IMG/VR virus record: IMGVR_UViG_3300034065_000151
Location: 76,767-140,766 of that record
Direction: 5' to 3' (one strand)
Length of the DNA stretch: 64,000 nucleotides
From: a virus
Lineage: Duplodnaviria > Caudoviricetes
Shown here piece after piece: positions 38,313 through 48,742 of the stretch; position 1 is the first letter of the stretch; each line of letters starts with the position of its first letter. Below the pieces are notes generated by a model. That model was not told the origin of the DNA, made no database searches, and worked only from the letters and a program-made list of their open reading frames with translations. The translations under genes were made by a program, and so were the position numbers.

Positions 38313-41300
38313 TAATGCAACATCAGGTTTATATCTTGACAGTTTGGTCAGTTATATAAATGATGTTAAACCTTATCGTACTAAGATAGCTACAGGAACC
38401 GGTGCCGTCACAGAGAGTTATTTATTTTCTGATGTGATGAATGTAGCTATTTCAGAGTCTGATAAGATGACTGTTTTCTTAGGGGCGGATATTATGCCAT
38501 CAGCCGCCACCTTGATAACACGAGCTCGTAGATCGCAGTCTTGGTATCAGGATATTGTATCGGATGGTCAGCGTAATGTATGGCCAGTACCTTTATTATC
38601 AGTACCAAAGTTTGCAAGTCAGGCCAGTTTACAGAATTTCGTATATGGTGATCACAATGAGTATACAGGAATTCCTGGATTAACTCATGGTGTGTTTAAT
38701 GATAAGCGTTGGGATGGTCCTGGTATTTCTGATGTTCAAAAGAATGGTGTCCATCAACAGGATACTATTGGATATACATTAAGTCATGGTGTCTTTACCT
38801 TTGATATATTAACAACTGATCAAGGGGTACCTGGAAGATATTGGAAGCAGTCTGATTTAGAGAATATCACCGGAACATTTGCCCATACTTTCAACAACAA
38901 TCCTGGTCAACTTATCTATGATAATGTGTATCAGAGCATTGGTAATATTATTAATATTACAGGAACTACTTATGAGGAGTGGACATTAACTTGTACTAAT
39001 GAGAGTCCATTCCAAGTTAGTGTGGTTGGTAATATTTCAGGTAATATTGGAACAGCAACCTTTGAAACACCATTTGTGAGTGCTGAGATATCTTTTACAT
39101 GGGTACCTGCATTCCCTGCTGATACCAGTACAGATATTATTCTTGGTCAGAAGTTTATATTGACACCAAGTGCGACAGTTACAATTAGTCCAACAGCACC
39201 AGTAGAAACCTGGTCATTAATAAAAAGTAATCCTATTGCATTAACAAGTGCACCAGTGTTTACATCTTCAGTGATTCGTGATACGCCAGCATTAGAAGTA
39301 CACACTCGCAATATTGATTCAAATGGTATAGCAGTAACTTGGACATTAGTATTCCAAGGAAATGGCACCTATAATCTTAACAGATCAACTGCAAGTCCGA
39401 ATGGTATTAGTTATCCAATTAATGTAGATCTTCAGAATGGTTGTTCTTTTAAGAATGCTGATATAGCATTTACTATATTGACTACAACAACCCCATTCAT
39501 ATTGAATGATACATTTACATGGGTATGTAACGCATGTCCAGCGCATTATAAAGTATTTGGTAGTGTATCAGGATGGCAACCAGATGCGACTATTGGTAAG
39601 TGGTATTGGAATGGTTTGATTGGATTTAAGATTCCAGCATTAACATATTTTGCACAGTCACCTGCAATTAATCAGGCATCAACTGGTAATCCGCCTGATT
39701 GGATAGCTGGCCCTGCTCCATTATTTGTAGCATTGAAAAATGTACGTTCAATAGCAGAGCCTTCTGTTTATACGATAACCTTTACATCACCAACAAATGC
39801 AACAGTCCAGAATAATATCTATGGATGGTGTGCGGGTTTAATTACGAATACACCATGGTATGATGAGTTTAGTTCATTCCAGATTAACACAGTACCGGGA
39901 TTGTCTGAGTATGTTGCTGGAGATATAGTACAGGTTTATTTGGCACCATCCCAGAGTATGTCAGTTCAGTTAGCTGGATATGATTCAACTGGTTATGATA
40001 GTGCAGGATATGATGCAGATGCAACTGATCAATTAATAGCAGCTGGATATAATCAAGAAAAATTCCCATTGTATCATGGTTATGGAGCTGTGATATTCCC
40101 TAATGCAGCAACTGGTGATCAGTATATTATTGACAAGACATTCTATGATAGGATGCAGTTTAAGCTAGTTGGTTCTTCATTGAATCATCCTGAGTTAGCT
40201 GCTGTGAATGATTGGGTGCCGTTAGAGTTTAGGTATTTTGACCGTGTAGATACAGTTACTGGATTGCCAACATCACCATCAGACTTTTCTGATTTAACAA
40301 CATATGTACAGGCATATAGTGCAGCGAATCCTAATCAGTTAATTTTTAGTATTGCATTACCACGTTATGAGAAGACTAATAGAAATGCCTCTGCGATATT
40401 AACTATTGACAGTACATTTTTTGCTACATATCTTGGAGTGAGTAACAGGTATTCATTTGAGTTTTTACCTGATCAGAGTTATGGTCAGACTATTAGAGTT
40501 AAGATTACAGAGAACATTAAGATATATGAGATAGCGCGTTTGGATTTTGCTGAAGGTCCGGCTAATAATTACTACTTATATCAATACAATTGGAATACAG
40601 GATTGTATAGTTTGGTGCATAAAACCACCCCTGCTTTACCGTATCCATTTAACATTAATATTATTGAAGATGCAAGTAATCCGTTTCAATTTTATGATGT
40701 GAAAATTTGGTATACTGATCTTATAAATACAACCATTGCTGAGGGTGGGTCATTACCATTCTTGCGACCTGGATATGGAATAGTCCCTTATGGAACACTT
40801 CCGTATCAGGATATTACCCCTAATGGTATTTTACCTGAAATGACAGGAACACCACCATTTAGTCTTGGGAACAAGCCGGTTTATACTGGTAATCCTAATG
40901 ATTGGATAATGGTAAGTCCTACAACTTTCCCGAGTATTGCGGTATTTGACAATCCCCCGCCTGATGTAGCATCTTCTCAGATAACTGAGGGATTGACTAT
41001 TATGGAGACCATTTTAGCGAGTGATTTGGGTTATGACGATATGCCATATGATACTGATTTTTATGATTCAAGTCCAACCGATATTTGGAGTAACAGGTTG
41101 AGTGTATTAATGGATGCTACACAGTATCCAATTAACAATCAATCACCCCCAAATGGTGGATTATTGATTAGTATAGTTGCTGGAGAGTATTTAGTTAACT
41201 GGACAGGTGCGCAATTTACTGGTACCCCAACGGTAGTTATAGCATCGACAGCTAATCCTGGGTCGTATTATAGTCCTTCTGTTAGTTTGTATGTGTACTT

Positions 41301-41403
41301 ACAGGATCCAACTTTAGTGAGTAAGAATGCTTTTATGTTTAATTTAAGTGGTGCTCCAGTGGGTTTTACAGCTCCGTTTAAATTATGGATAACACAACTT
41401 TAA
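38299..41403 (+). CDS. large virion structural protein
   Basis: 1034 aa; YINDVKPYRTK motif, beta-rich repeats and GYD motifs. Confidence 0.6.
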   Translation: MSSINNATSGLYLDSLVSYINDVKPYRTKIATGTGAVTESYLFSDVMNVAISESDKMTVFLGADIMPSAATLITRARRSQSWYQDIVSDGQRNVWPVPLLSVPKFASQASLQNFVYGDHNEYTGIPGLTHGVFNDKRWDGPGISDVQKNGVHQQDTIGYTLSHGVFTFDILTTDQGVPGRYWKQSDLENITGTFAHTFNNNPGQLIYDNVYQSIGNIINITGTTYEEWTLTCTNESPFQVSVVGNISGNIGTATFETPFVSAEISFTWVPAFPADTSTDIILGQKFILTPSATVTISPTAPVETWSLIKSNPIALTSAPVFTSSVIRDTPALEVHTRNIDSNGIAVTWTLVFQGNGTYNLNRSTASPNGISYPINVDLQNGCSFKNADIAFTILTTTTPFILNDTFTWVCNACPAHYKVFGSVSGWQPDATIGKWYWNGLIGFKIPALTYFAQSPAINQASTGNPPDWIAGPAPLFVALKNVRSIAEPSVYTITFTSPTNATVQNNIYGWCAGLITNTPWYDEFSSFQINTVPGLSEYVAGDIVQVYLAPSQSMSVQLAGYDSTGYDSAGYDADATDQLIAAGYNQEKFPLYHGYGAVIFPNAATGDQYIIDKTFYDRMQFKLVGSSLNHPELAAVNDWVPLEFRYFDRVDTVTGLPTSPSDFSDLTTYVQAYSAANPNQLIFSIALPRYEKTNRNASAILTIDSTFFATYLGVSNRYSFEFLPDQSYGQTIRVKITENIKIYEIARLDFAEGPANNYYLYQYNWNTGLYSLVHKTTPALPYPFNINIIEDASNPFQFYDVKIWYTDLINTTIAEGGSLPFLRPGYGIVPYGTLPYQDITPNGILPEMTGTPPFSLGNKPVYTGNPNDWIMVSPTTFPSIAVFDNPPPDVASSQITEGLTIMETILASDLGYDDMPYDTDFYDSSPTDIWSNRLSVLMDATQYPINNQSPPNGGLLISIVAGEYLVNWTGAQFTGTPTVVIASTANPGSYYSPSVSLYVYLQDPTLVSKNAFMFNLSGAPVGFTAPFKLWITQL

Positions 41404-41417
41404 AAATACCTTTAAAC

Positions 41418-41425
41418 TATAAATA
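41418..41425 (+). promoter_or_regulatory. late promoter TATAAATA
   Basis: Exact consensus, followed by a perfect 14-bp palindrome. Confidence 0.7.
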
Positions 41426-41464
41426 AATGAGTGCTATAGCACTATAAATTAAAATGGAGATACA

Positions 41465-42118
41465 ATGAATTCAGCATTAATTAAAACCCACGTACATGGC
41501 CATGTTCATATTAAAGATGGTATAACGGGTGAAGTCCTTGTCGATCAAGACAATGCTATTCACAACCAGAATATGGCTGTTGCTTTAGCACGTGGTTTAT
41601 CAAACGATCCAGGTCAAAGTGGTATACAAACTAGCCAAATCTTTGCTCTTGAGCTCGGTAATGGTGGATCAGTTACAACAGGTGGTGTAATTACTTATCA
41701 GTCTCCAAATGTTACTGGTACTAATGCTCGCCTATACAACCAAACATATTTCGATCAAGTTGATGAAAATACATCAGGATTTGGTCCTGGTAATTCTGTA
41801 ACATATCAACAATCCCAAACCGATACAACCTCTATTGTTATTGTCACAATGACAGTAGCTGCAGGTGAGCCGAGTGGACAGGACACATCAGATTCAACAC
41901 CACCGACAACTGCGCAGGATGCATATGATTTTGATGAATTAGGATTGTTTACAAATGGTGTTGCCAATTCTACTGGGATACCAGGGGTGAGTACATTTGG
42001 ATATACACAGACACCTGATACAGCATTGTTATTATCCCATATTATATTTTCACCAATATTAAAAACAAGCTCTAGAGAGTTGGTTATAACTTATACACTT
42101 ACAATATCGGTTTCATGA
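41465..42118 (+). CDS. baseplate / tail-fibre attachment protein
   Basis: GHVHIKD..NAIH, LGNGG, FDELGLF and SHIIFSPILK..R...ITYTL motifs. Confidence 0.6.
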   Translation: MNSALIKTHVHGHVHIKDGITGEVLVDQDNAIHNQNMAVALARGLSNDPGQSGIQTSQIFALELGNGGSVTTGGVITYQSPNVTGTNARLYNQTYFDQVDENTSGFGPGNSVTYQQSQTDTTSIVIVTMTVAAGEPSGQDTSDSTPPTTAQDAYDFDELGLFTNGVANSTGIPGVSTFGYTQTPDTALLLSHIIFSPILKTSSRELVITYTLTISVS

Positions 42119-42122
42119 TTTT

Positions 42123-42359
42123 ATGAATTATCAAATGCATTATGATAGGCTTATTGAAAGAGCAAGAATTAGAAAATTGGAAGGATATGTTGAAAAACAT
42201 CATATTCTTCCTAAATGCATTGGTGGTTCAAATGATAAAACAAATATTGTATCTTTAACACCAGAAGAACACTATGTTGCTCATCAGTTATTAGTTAAAA
42301 TATATCCAGGAGTGCAAGGATTAATTTATCTCGTAAAGCAAATAGACCTTTTTCAATAA
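42123..42359 (+). pseudogene. truncated HNH homing endonuclease
   Basis: EKHHILPKCIGGSNDKTNIVSLTPEEHYVAHQLL; ends at 78 aa with no C-terminal DNA-binding domain. Confidence 0.7.
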
Positions 42360-42373
42360 TAGGGAATTAATAA

Positions 42374-43372
42374 ATGCAATTATCGTTTCGACAAGGTATT
42401 ATAAGATATCAGACTACTCTACAGGGACCGCAATGGTTGTTGAAGACGAGTATGTCTGGTACCAGTGTTGATCTTAATGCGAATGGTGAACCGACTGTAA
42501 TGACATTTGCTCATTATGGTGCTAACTATGTTATGGAAGAAAACCATACAGTAGTTGGTGCATGGGGTAGTGGAGCAGTAGGTTCGACAAATGGTCCATT
42601 GGCACCAAATGTTACTCAGTATTTGTATTGGGATGTTGATTTAGCAACTGGTGCATTGACACGTGGTTGGACTTTATTGGCACCGATAACAAATGGAACT
42701 GCACCAGTAAATCCAGTAAATGATCAGCATTGGTTTGATTCAGTTAATACGAGAATGCGAGTATGGCGTCAAAATGGATCCGCTCCTGGAATGTGGCAGG
42801 ATAAGATTCGTTTATTTGCTGGTACCTATTTATCTAATGCTATATTAGTACCGAGTCCATTGGGAAGTCAGGTTGGAATAACTGGAACTTTCACTGGTGG
42901 TAATCTAATATTAGGTATTAACAATGTACCTTTGAAACAGTCAGATGGTACATTTGCAACGACTGCATCTTCCTTAATTATTCAGCAGACAAGTGGACAG
43001 AATGTTCAGTTTGATATGGTCCTCACTTATGGACAGTCAATTGAAGATATTCCTGCATTTTATCTTGTTGCATATCAACCAAATAAAACTATTAAATTAG
43101 CATCAAGTAACAGTGTGACCAGTTTTGTGCATGGTGTTGTTATAGAAGATTTGTATCAGAATGAGCCAGGTCAAATTATATCAAATGGTGTTGTAAGAAA
43201 TGATCAATGGTCATGGCCGACATCGAGTATTGGTGCTCCGTTATTTTGTGGTCCATCAGGACAGTTACAATTAACACCACCACCTGTTGGATTTGTTCAG
43301 CAGGTAGGAACTGTATATGATATTGATTCTATTTACATGAACCTTTTCCCTCCAGTTAGATTGAGTATATAA
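42374..43372 (+). CDS. virion structural / fibre-associated protein
   Basis: Late cluster; APVNPVNDQHWFD and a C-terminal W.W...GAPLFCG..G.L capsid-fibre-like domain. Confidence 0.55.
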   Translation: MQLSFRQGIIRYQTTLQGPQWLLKTSMSGTSVDLNANGEPTVMTFAHYGANYVMEENHTVVGAWGSGAVGSTNGPLAPNVTQYLYWDVDLATGALTRGWTLLAPITNGTAPVNPVNDQHWFDSVNTRMRVWRQNGSAPGMWQDKIRLFAGTYLSNAILVPSPLGSQVGITGTFTGGNLILGINNVPLKQSDGTFATTASSLIIQQTSGQNVQFDMVLTYGQSIEDIPAFYLVAYQPNKTIKLASSNSVTSFVHGVVIEDLYQNEPGQIISNGVVRNDQWSWPTSSIGAPLFCGPSGQLQLTPPPVGFVQQVGTVYDIDSIYMNLFPPVRLSI

Positions 43373-44329
43373 ATGACAAATACAGTAAAACCTCTAATTT
43401 TAGGAAATGATGGTACATTTGCCCAATTAACTACTGGTGATATTATTAACACTGGTGGTACTGTTTGTACAACTTTTACTGTTGGTGGTCGTGGTTTATT
43501 ATTTGATGATGGATCCAGTACAGGTGGTGGAAGCGGTGGTGACGGATCAACAACCATTAATCTTCAGACCGCTTATGACAATTCCCCGACAGTAAGTGGT
43601 CAAGCTGGGATTGTATTGTATCCAGGTAAAGATTTCATAATTAAAGATTCTCATGCTGATGGTAACTTTTTTACCGTATCAGCTGCTAATGGTACAGTCA
43701 CAATTAATGGTGATTTAAATGTTATGGGATCGACAACAACTATTGAGACTTCAGTAATTGTTAGTGATCATCAGTTTATTAATCCTGCTAGTGGAACAAC
43801 AATACCATTGCGTATTGAGCCACAGAGTGGTGTTACACCAATTGTAGATTTGTTTAATGTGAAGTGTATTTTTGGTGGTGTACCAGTTTTCAAAATTGAT
43901 TCAAGTGGTAATCTTGTATCTACTGGAACTCTTACTATTTCTGGCCTAATTAATGGTGTGGATATAGTAGCAAATCAGACCATATTGAATGCTCATATTG
44001 CAGGTACAAGTTATCAGCATACGGCGTCAGTTATTAATATTACTCCAATTGCTAGTATTCCAGCAGCTACAAATGTGCAGCAGGCATTAGAAGCTGTGGC
44101 GGCACAAGCTGTGGCGAATACTGCTTGGGGCTATGAATTTACCCAGATTGCTCCGGTAACTACATGGACAATCAATCATAATGGTAATACTTTACGGGCT
44201 TCAGTGACAATTTATGATACTTCTTGGGCTCAAATTATCCCCGCTCAGGTTCAAATTGTTAACGCAAATCAGATAGTTGTGTCATTTACAAGCGCTATTG
44301 CTGGAAGTGCTATGGTAATTTTGTTCTAA
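43373..44329 (+). CDS. fibre protein
   Basis: LQTAYDN, ATNVQQALE and a C-terminal WTINHN module. Confidence 0.6.
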   Translation: MTNTVKPLILGNDGTFAQLTTGDIINTGGTVCTTFTVGGRGLLFDDGSSTGGGSGGDGSTTINLQTAYDNSPTVSGQAGIVLYPGKDFIIKDSHADGNFFTVSAANGTVTINGDLNVMGSTTTIETSVIVSDHQFINPASGTTIPLRIEPQSGVTPIVDLFNVKCIFGGVPVFKIDSSGNLVSTGTLTISGLINGVDIVANQTILNAHIAGTSYQHTASVINITPIASIPAATNVQQALEAVAAQAVANTAWGYEFTQIAPVTTWTINHNGNTLRASVTIYDTSWAQIIPAQVQIVNANQIVVSFTSAIAGSAMVILF

Positions 44330-44341
44330 TTTGGCCCTTAT

Positions 44342-44349
44342 AATAAATA
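44342..44349 (+). promoter_or_regulatory. late promoter variant AATAAATA
   Basis: Intergenic, upstream of 44394. Confidence 0.5.
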
Positions 44350-44393
44350 CATATTAGAAATTCTATCATTATCTTATAGGGCAACATCACAAC

Positions 44394-44618
44394 ATGAAAA
44401 CAATTGAAACTCAAGATATTGTATTGGCTGCAACCCTTAAGGTGTTGGGATATAAGCTAGATACGATTCAAAAGATTGGCAATAAAGGCATTTTCTTTTT
44501 CAATGAAGTGAATAATGATATTATCAATGAATATGATCTTGGCAATCTTAAGGTTGAACCAGTCGCATTTAATTCAGCTATCAAAGCATTAACTACGGCT
44601 AGTCGTAGAATCACGTAA
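44394..44618 (+). CDS. small protein, DUF5659-like
   Basis: TQDIVLAATL..GY.L and L.VEP..F...IKAL pattern. Confidence 0.5.
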   Translation: MKTIETQDIVLAATLKVLGYKLDTIQKIGNKGIFFFNEVNNDIINEYDLGNLKVEPVAFNSAIKALTTASRRIT

Positions 44619-44640
44619 AACATAACAAGGGGAATTAAAA

Positions 44641-47511
44641 ATGAAAATTAATGGTAATCTAGTATTTAATAGCGACGCAACTGGTGAAATCCAGTATGCT
44701 TTCTTAGACAGACTTAGTGCTGCACCGACATTTAATGCAGCTGAAGCTGGTCGTATTTACTACGATACAACTGCTAAGCTTTATTATTTCAATGACTCTA
44801 CTGCTTGGGTTGCGATCGCAACTGGTGGTAATGCGACTGCACTTCAAACTGAAGTTAATGCAATCGAAACATCTTTAGGTACAATCGTTAATTCTGATGG
44901 TACATATAATGGTGGTAATGCTCTTTCAGGCGTTCCATTCATTTCAGCGGCAACCTCAGTTACTGATGCTTTAACAATCCTTGCTACTGAAGCACAAGGT
45001 AAAGTTGATCTTTCAGAATTGAATGACGTTAGCCTTACAGCTCTTACTAATGGTCAATTCTTAGTATATAGTACAACAGATTCAAAATGGGAAAATAAAA
45101 CCTTAGTATTAGCTGCTGTGACTGATGTTACTGCAACTGCTACTGAAGTTAATCAACTTTCCGGTGCTGTTGTAACTGCTGGTGATCTTAACAAACTTCA
45201 TGCTGTAACTGCATCTGCTGCTGACCTTAATGTAAGTACTGGTCTTGCTGCAACTAATGTAACTTCAACTGAACTTGGTTATGTACATGGTGTTACTTCT
45301 GCAATTCAAACTCAATTAAATAACCAACAGCCACTTAATGCTGGTCTTACTGATTTAGCTTCTTTAGCTAATGGTGTTGGTACTGGTCTTGTTGTTCAGA
45401 CTGGTGTTAATACATTCTTAGATCGTTCACTTGTTGCTCCTTCAGATGGTTTCAGTATTACTGATCCTGATGGTGTTGCTGGTGCTCCAACCTTTGCATT
45501 GACAAATAATCTTTTAGCTCTTGCTGGTGTTTCTGCTAATGGTTTTGTTACCTATGTTGGTGGTAATGCTTTTGCAGAACGTTCAATTACTGGTACTGCT
45601 AATAACATCGTTGTTACAAATGGTGATGGTGTTGCTGGTTCTCCAACAATTAACCTTGCTGCAGTAACACAAGGTACTTCAGGTGCATTCTTAAAATTCG
45701 CTGTTGATAGTCTTGGTCGTGTTGTAAGTAACACACCTGTTACTACTGGTGATATTACTTCACTTGTTGATGCTACATACGTAAATGTTTCAGGCGATAC
45801 AATGTCTGGTAATCTTGTTATGTCTAGTGGTTCAACAGTAACTGGTTTACCTACTCCAGTTGGTGCTACTGATGCAGCTTCTAAAGCTTATGTTGATGCA
45901 GTTGCTTCTAACCTTAATATCAAAGGTTCTGTACAATCAGCTTCAACTGTAAACATGCCTGCAACATATTCAAATGGTGCAAGTGGTGTTGGTGCTACTC
46001 TTACAAACACAGGTACTCTTGCTGCATTGATGCTTGATGGTGTTGCTGCTACTGTTGGTGAACGCGTTCTTGTTAAAAATCAAACTACCGCTGTACAAAA
46101 CGGTGTCTATACTGTAACAACAGTTGGTTCTGGTTCAGTTGCTTGGGTTCTTACTCGTGCTCCTGATTCTGATAATAGTATTAACAATGCTGTAACTCCA
46201 GGTGATTTCGTATTCGTATCACAAGGTTCTACACAAGCAAATACTGGTTGGACTGAAACTGCAGTTGGTACTGGTTCTAATGGTGATATCGTTCTTGGTA
46301 CTGATGTTATCCACTTTACACAATTCTCTGGTGCTGGTACATACACTGCTGGTGATGGTCTTACACTTTCAGGTACTGTATTCTCAGTTGATTATGGTGC
46401 TGGTATTGGTTCACTTCCATCAGGCGACGTAGGTATTGATCTTTACAGTTCAGTTGGTGCATTGCTTCTTACTACTGATGGTTCTACACAGAATCCAGTT
46501 GTTGGTTCTATGTTGGCACTTTTACTTAAATCAGCTGGCGGTCTTACACAAGATACAACTGGTCTTTACATTCCAACTGCCGGTGTTTCAAATGCAATGC
46601 TTGCAAATAGCATAATCACTTTAGACGTTGATGGTGCTGGTACTAGTACTGTTGCTCTTGGTGGTACATTGACTATTCTTGGTACAGCTGCTCAAGGTAT
46701 TTCTACTTCGATTGCTGGTTCAACAATCACTATTAATGCTGCTAATGCTTCAACCTCTAATAAAGGTGTTGCAAGTTTTGATGGTTCAGTATTCACTGTA
46801 ACAACTGGTAATGTAACTGTTTCAGCTGGTGGTATTACTAATGCCATGCTTGCAAATAGCACAATCGCTTTCTCTGGTACAACTGGTGGTACACAAACTA
46901 TAGCTCTTGGTGGTACACCATTGTCTATCGTTGGTGGTTCTTCTCCAGTAACTACTGTTTCATCTGCTGGCGTATTAACAATTAATGTTGCTTCAGCTAC
47001 TGTTTCAACTCTTGGTCTTGCAAGTTTCGCAAGTACATACTTTGCAGTTACTGCAGGTGCTGTATCTCTTGCAACAACTTTCGGTGCTGGTGGTATCACA
47101 AATGTTAATTCAACTGTTGATTCTGCTGCTGCTAATGACTTGTTAACATTTGAGTCTGGTAAATGGGTTAATAATACTCGTGCTGCAGTATTTGGTACAC
47201 AATCAGTTGGTTCATTATCTGATGTTACTACTACTGGTGTTGCTTCTGGCGATACATTGGTATGGAATGCTTCAACTTCTAAGTTCGCTGCAATCCCAAC
47301 CTACTTCTTGTACTCTGCTGGTTCAGCTTTAACAAGCCACACAGTTTCACACAGTTTAGGTCAAAAGTATTGTAACGTAACAGTTGTTGATGGTTCAGAT
47401 GAAGTTGTTATCCCACAATCAATTACTTTCGTAGATGCTAATACATTAACAGTAACCTTTACATCAGCATTACAATGTAAAGTTGTTGTAATGGGTGTTG
47501 CTCAAGCCTAA
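44641..47511 (+). CDS. long tail/head fibre protein
   Basis: 956 aa, Gly/Ala/Thr-rich; TELGYVHGVTSAIQTQLN, DAASKAYVD, GERVLVKNQT and LSDV..GDTLVWN fibre motifs. Confidence 0.8.
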   Translation: MKINGNLVFNSDATGEIQYAFLDRLSAAPTFNAAEAGRIYYDTTAKLYYFNDSTAWVAIATGGNATALQTEVNAIETSLGTIVNSDGTYNGGNALSGVPFISAATSVTDALTILATEAQGKVDLSELNDVSLTALTNGQFLVYSTTDSKWENKTLVLAAVTDVTATATEVNQLSGAVVTAGDLNKLHAVTASAADLNVSTGLAATNVTSTELGYVHGVTSAIQTQLNNQQPLNAGLTDLASLANGVGTGLVVQTGVNTFLDRSLVAPSDGFSITDPDGVAGAPTFALTNNLLALAGVSANGFVTYVGGNAFAERSITGTANNIVVTNGDGVAGSPTINLAAVTQGTSGAFLKFAVDSLGRVVSNTPVTTGDITSLVDATYVNVSGDTMSGNLVMSSGSTVTGLPTPVGATDAASKAYVDAVASNLNIKGSVQSASTVNMPATYSNGASGVGATLTNTGTLAALMLDGVAATVGERVLVKNQTTAVQNGVYTVTTVGSGSVAWVLTRAPDSDNSINNAVTPGDFVFVSQGSTQANTGWTETAVGTGSNGDIVLGTDVIHFTQFSGAGTYTAGDGLTLSGTVFSVDYGAGIGSLPSGDVGIDLYSSVGALLLTTDGSTQNPVVGSMLALLLKSAGGLTQDTTGLYIPTAGVSNAMLANSIITLDVDGAGTSTVALGGTLTILGTAAQGISTSIAGSTITINAANASTSNKGVASFDGSVFTVTTGNVTVSAGGITNAMLANSTIAFSGTTGGTQTIALGGTPLSIVGGSSPVTTVSSAGVLTINVASATVSTLGLASFASTYFAVTAGAVSLATTFGAGGITNVNSTVDSAAANDLLTFESGKWVNNTRAAVFGTQSVGSLSDVTTTGVASGDTLVWNASTSKFAAIPTYFLYSAGSALTSHTVSHSLGQKYCNVTVVDGSDEVVIPQSITFVDANTLTVTFTSALQCKVVVMGVAQA

Positions 47512-47525
47512 TAGTAATATGCTTT

Positions 47526-47560
47526 AATAAAGGGGGATTCTTCGGAATTCCCTTTTTATT
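47526..47560 (+). terminator. rho-independent terminator
   Basis: GGGGGATTC-TTCG-GAATTCCC followed by TTTTT. Confidence 0.85.
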
Positions 47561-47570
47561 TGCCGTTTTT

Positions 47571-47578
47571 GATAAATA
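47571..47578 (+). promoter_or_regulatory. late promoter variant GATAAATA
   Basis: Just after the terminator, upstream of 47620. Confidence 0.5.
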
Positions 47579-47619
47579 CCTATAACTAATTCATTCAGTT
47601 TACTTCGAGAGGTTATAAA

Positions 47620-48222
47620 ATGAAATTCTATGGTTCCGCTGATCTACAGCAAAATCTTTTAATCGATGCCGTATTACCGTTAGATACTTATTTTCCTGTA
47701 TCTCCTGTCGTAGGACAACTTGCATTTACAAACAGTATTCTTTATATTTGTGTTGCTGTCACAAATAGTTTACCAGTTTGGGTCCCGCTAACACAGCAGC
47801 TTACCGCATTTACCTATATACAAAGCTCACCATCTGCATCTTGGACAATTAATCACCCATTAAATAGTTCAAATTTACAAGTACAAGTCTTTGATACTAA
47901 CAATATGTTAGTCATTCCGGATTCAGCTACAATCAATAATCCTGGACAAATTACTGTTGGTTTTGCCAATAACTTCCAAGGTTCAGCAGTTCTTTTAACT
48001 GGTGTCACTGAAGGTTTACCAGCACCAACATATGCATATGAATTCTATCAAACCACTCCAGCAACCACCTGGACAATTAATCATGGCTTGGGTCGTTATC
48101 CAATGGTACGTGTATTCATTGGTTTCGAAGAAGTTCAACCTGCTTCAGTTGTGTTTACCAGTTTGAATACTGTTACATTGACATTTACTACTGCACAAGT
48201 AGGTCAAGCAAAACTTATATAA
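47620..48222 (+). CDS. fibre-associated protein with two WxIxH modules
   Basis: WTINHPL and WTINHGLGRYP. Confidence 0.6.
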   Translation: MKFYGSADLQQNLLIDAVLPLDTYFPVSPVVGQLAFTNSILYICVAVTNSLPVWVPLTQQLTAFTYIQSSPSASWTINHPLNSSNLQVQVFDTNNMLVIPDSATINNPGQITVGFANNFQGSAVLLTGVTEGLPAPTYAYEFYQTTPATTWTINHGLGRYPMVRVFIGFEEVQPASVVFTSLNTVTLTFTTAQVGQAKLI

Positions 48223-48232
48223 TAGGATTTAT

Positions 48233-48472
48233 ATGCCAAGAGTTATACCGGCCGTTTTCAGATTTACCCAAGCAACACCATCAGCTACTTGGAATATTCA
48301 ACATAATTTAGGTAGTAATGGTAGTAAAGGTGTTCCTATTGTAGATACCTTTATTAATGTTGCTGGTGTTCCAACAAAGATTATTCCTGCTAGTGTTCAT
48401 ATGGTTGATGCTAATAATATTACTATTCTTTTTAGTGTAGCACGAACAGGTTTTGCAGTTATAACAGCTTAA
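48233..48472 (+). CDS. stand-alone WxIxH module protein
   Basis: QATPSATWNIQHNLG. Confidence 0.6.
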   Translation: MPRVIPAVFRFTQATPSATWNIQHNLGSNGSKGVPIVDTFINVAGVPTKIIPASVHMVDANNITILFSVARTGFAVITA

Positions 48473-48481
48473 GAGGATAAT

Positions 48482-48706
48482 ATGGCAGGTATTAATTTTT
48501 TATCAGTAACACAAAGTACTCCATCAACTGCTTGGGCTATTCAACATAATATGGGTTCTATGCCATCTGTTGATACTAATGTTTATGATAGTTATGGAGT
48601 ATTACAAAAAGCATTTCCATTATCAGTCACACAAATTGATGCAAATAATATTCTTATTACTTGGTCAACTCCATTTGCAGGATTTGCCACTTTAACAACA
48701 GTATAA
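48482..48706 (+). CDS. stand-alone WxIxH module protein
   Basis: QSTPSTAWAIQHNMG. Confidence 0.6.
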   Translation: MAGINFLSVTQSTPSTAWAIQHNMGSMPSVDTNVYDSYGVLQKAFPLSVTQIDANNILITWSTPFAGFATLTTV

Positions 48707-48710
48707 AACA

Positions 48711-48718
48711 TATAAATA
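48711..48718 (+). promoter_or_regulatory. late promoter TATAAATA
   Basis: Exact consensus upstream of the lysis genes. Confidence 0.7.
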
Positions 48719-48742
48719 ATATATCACATAGAGGAGATTAGC

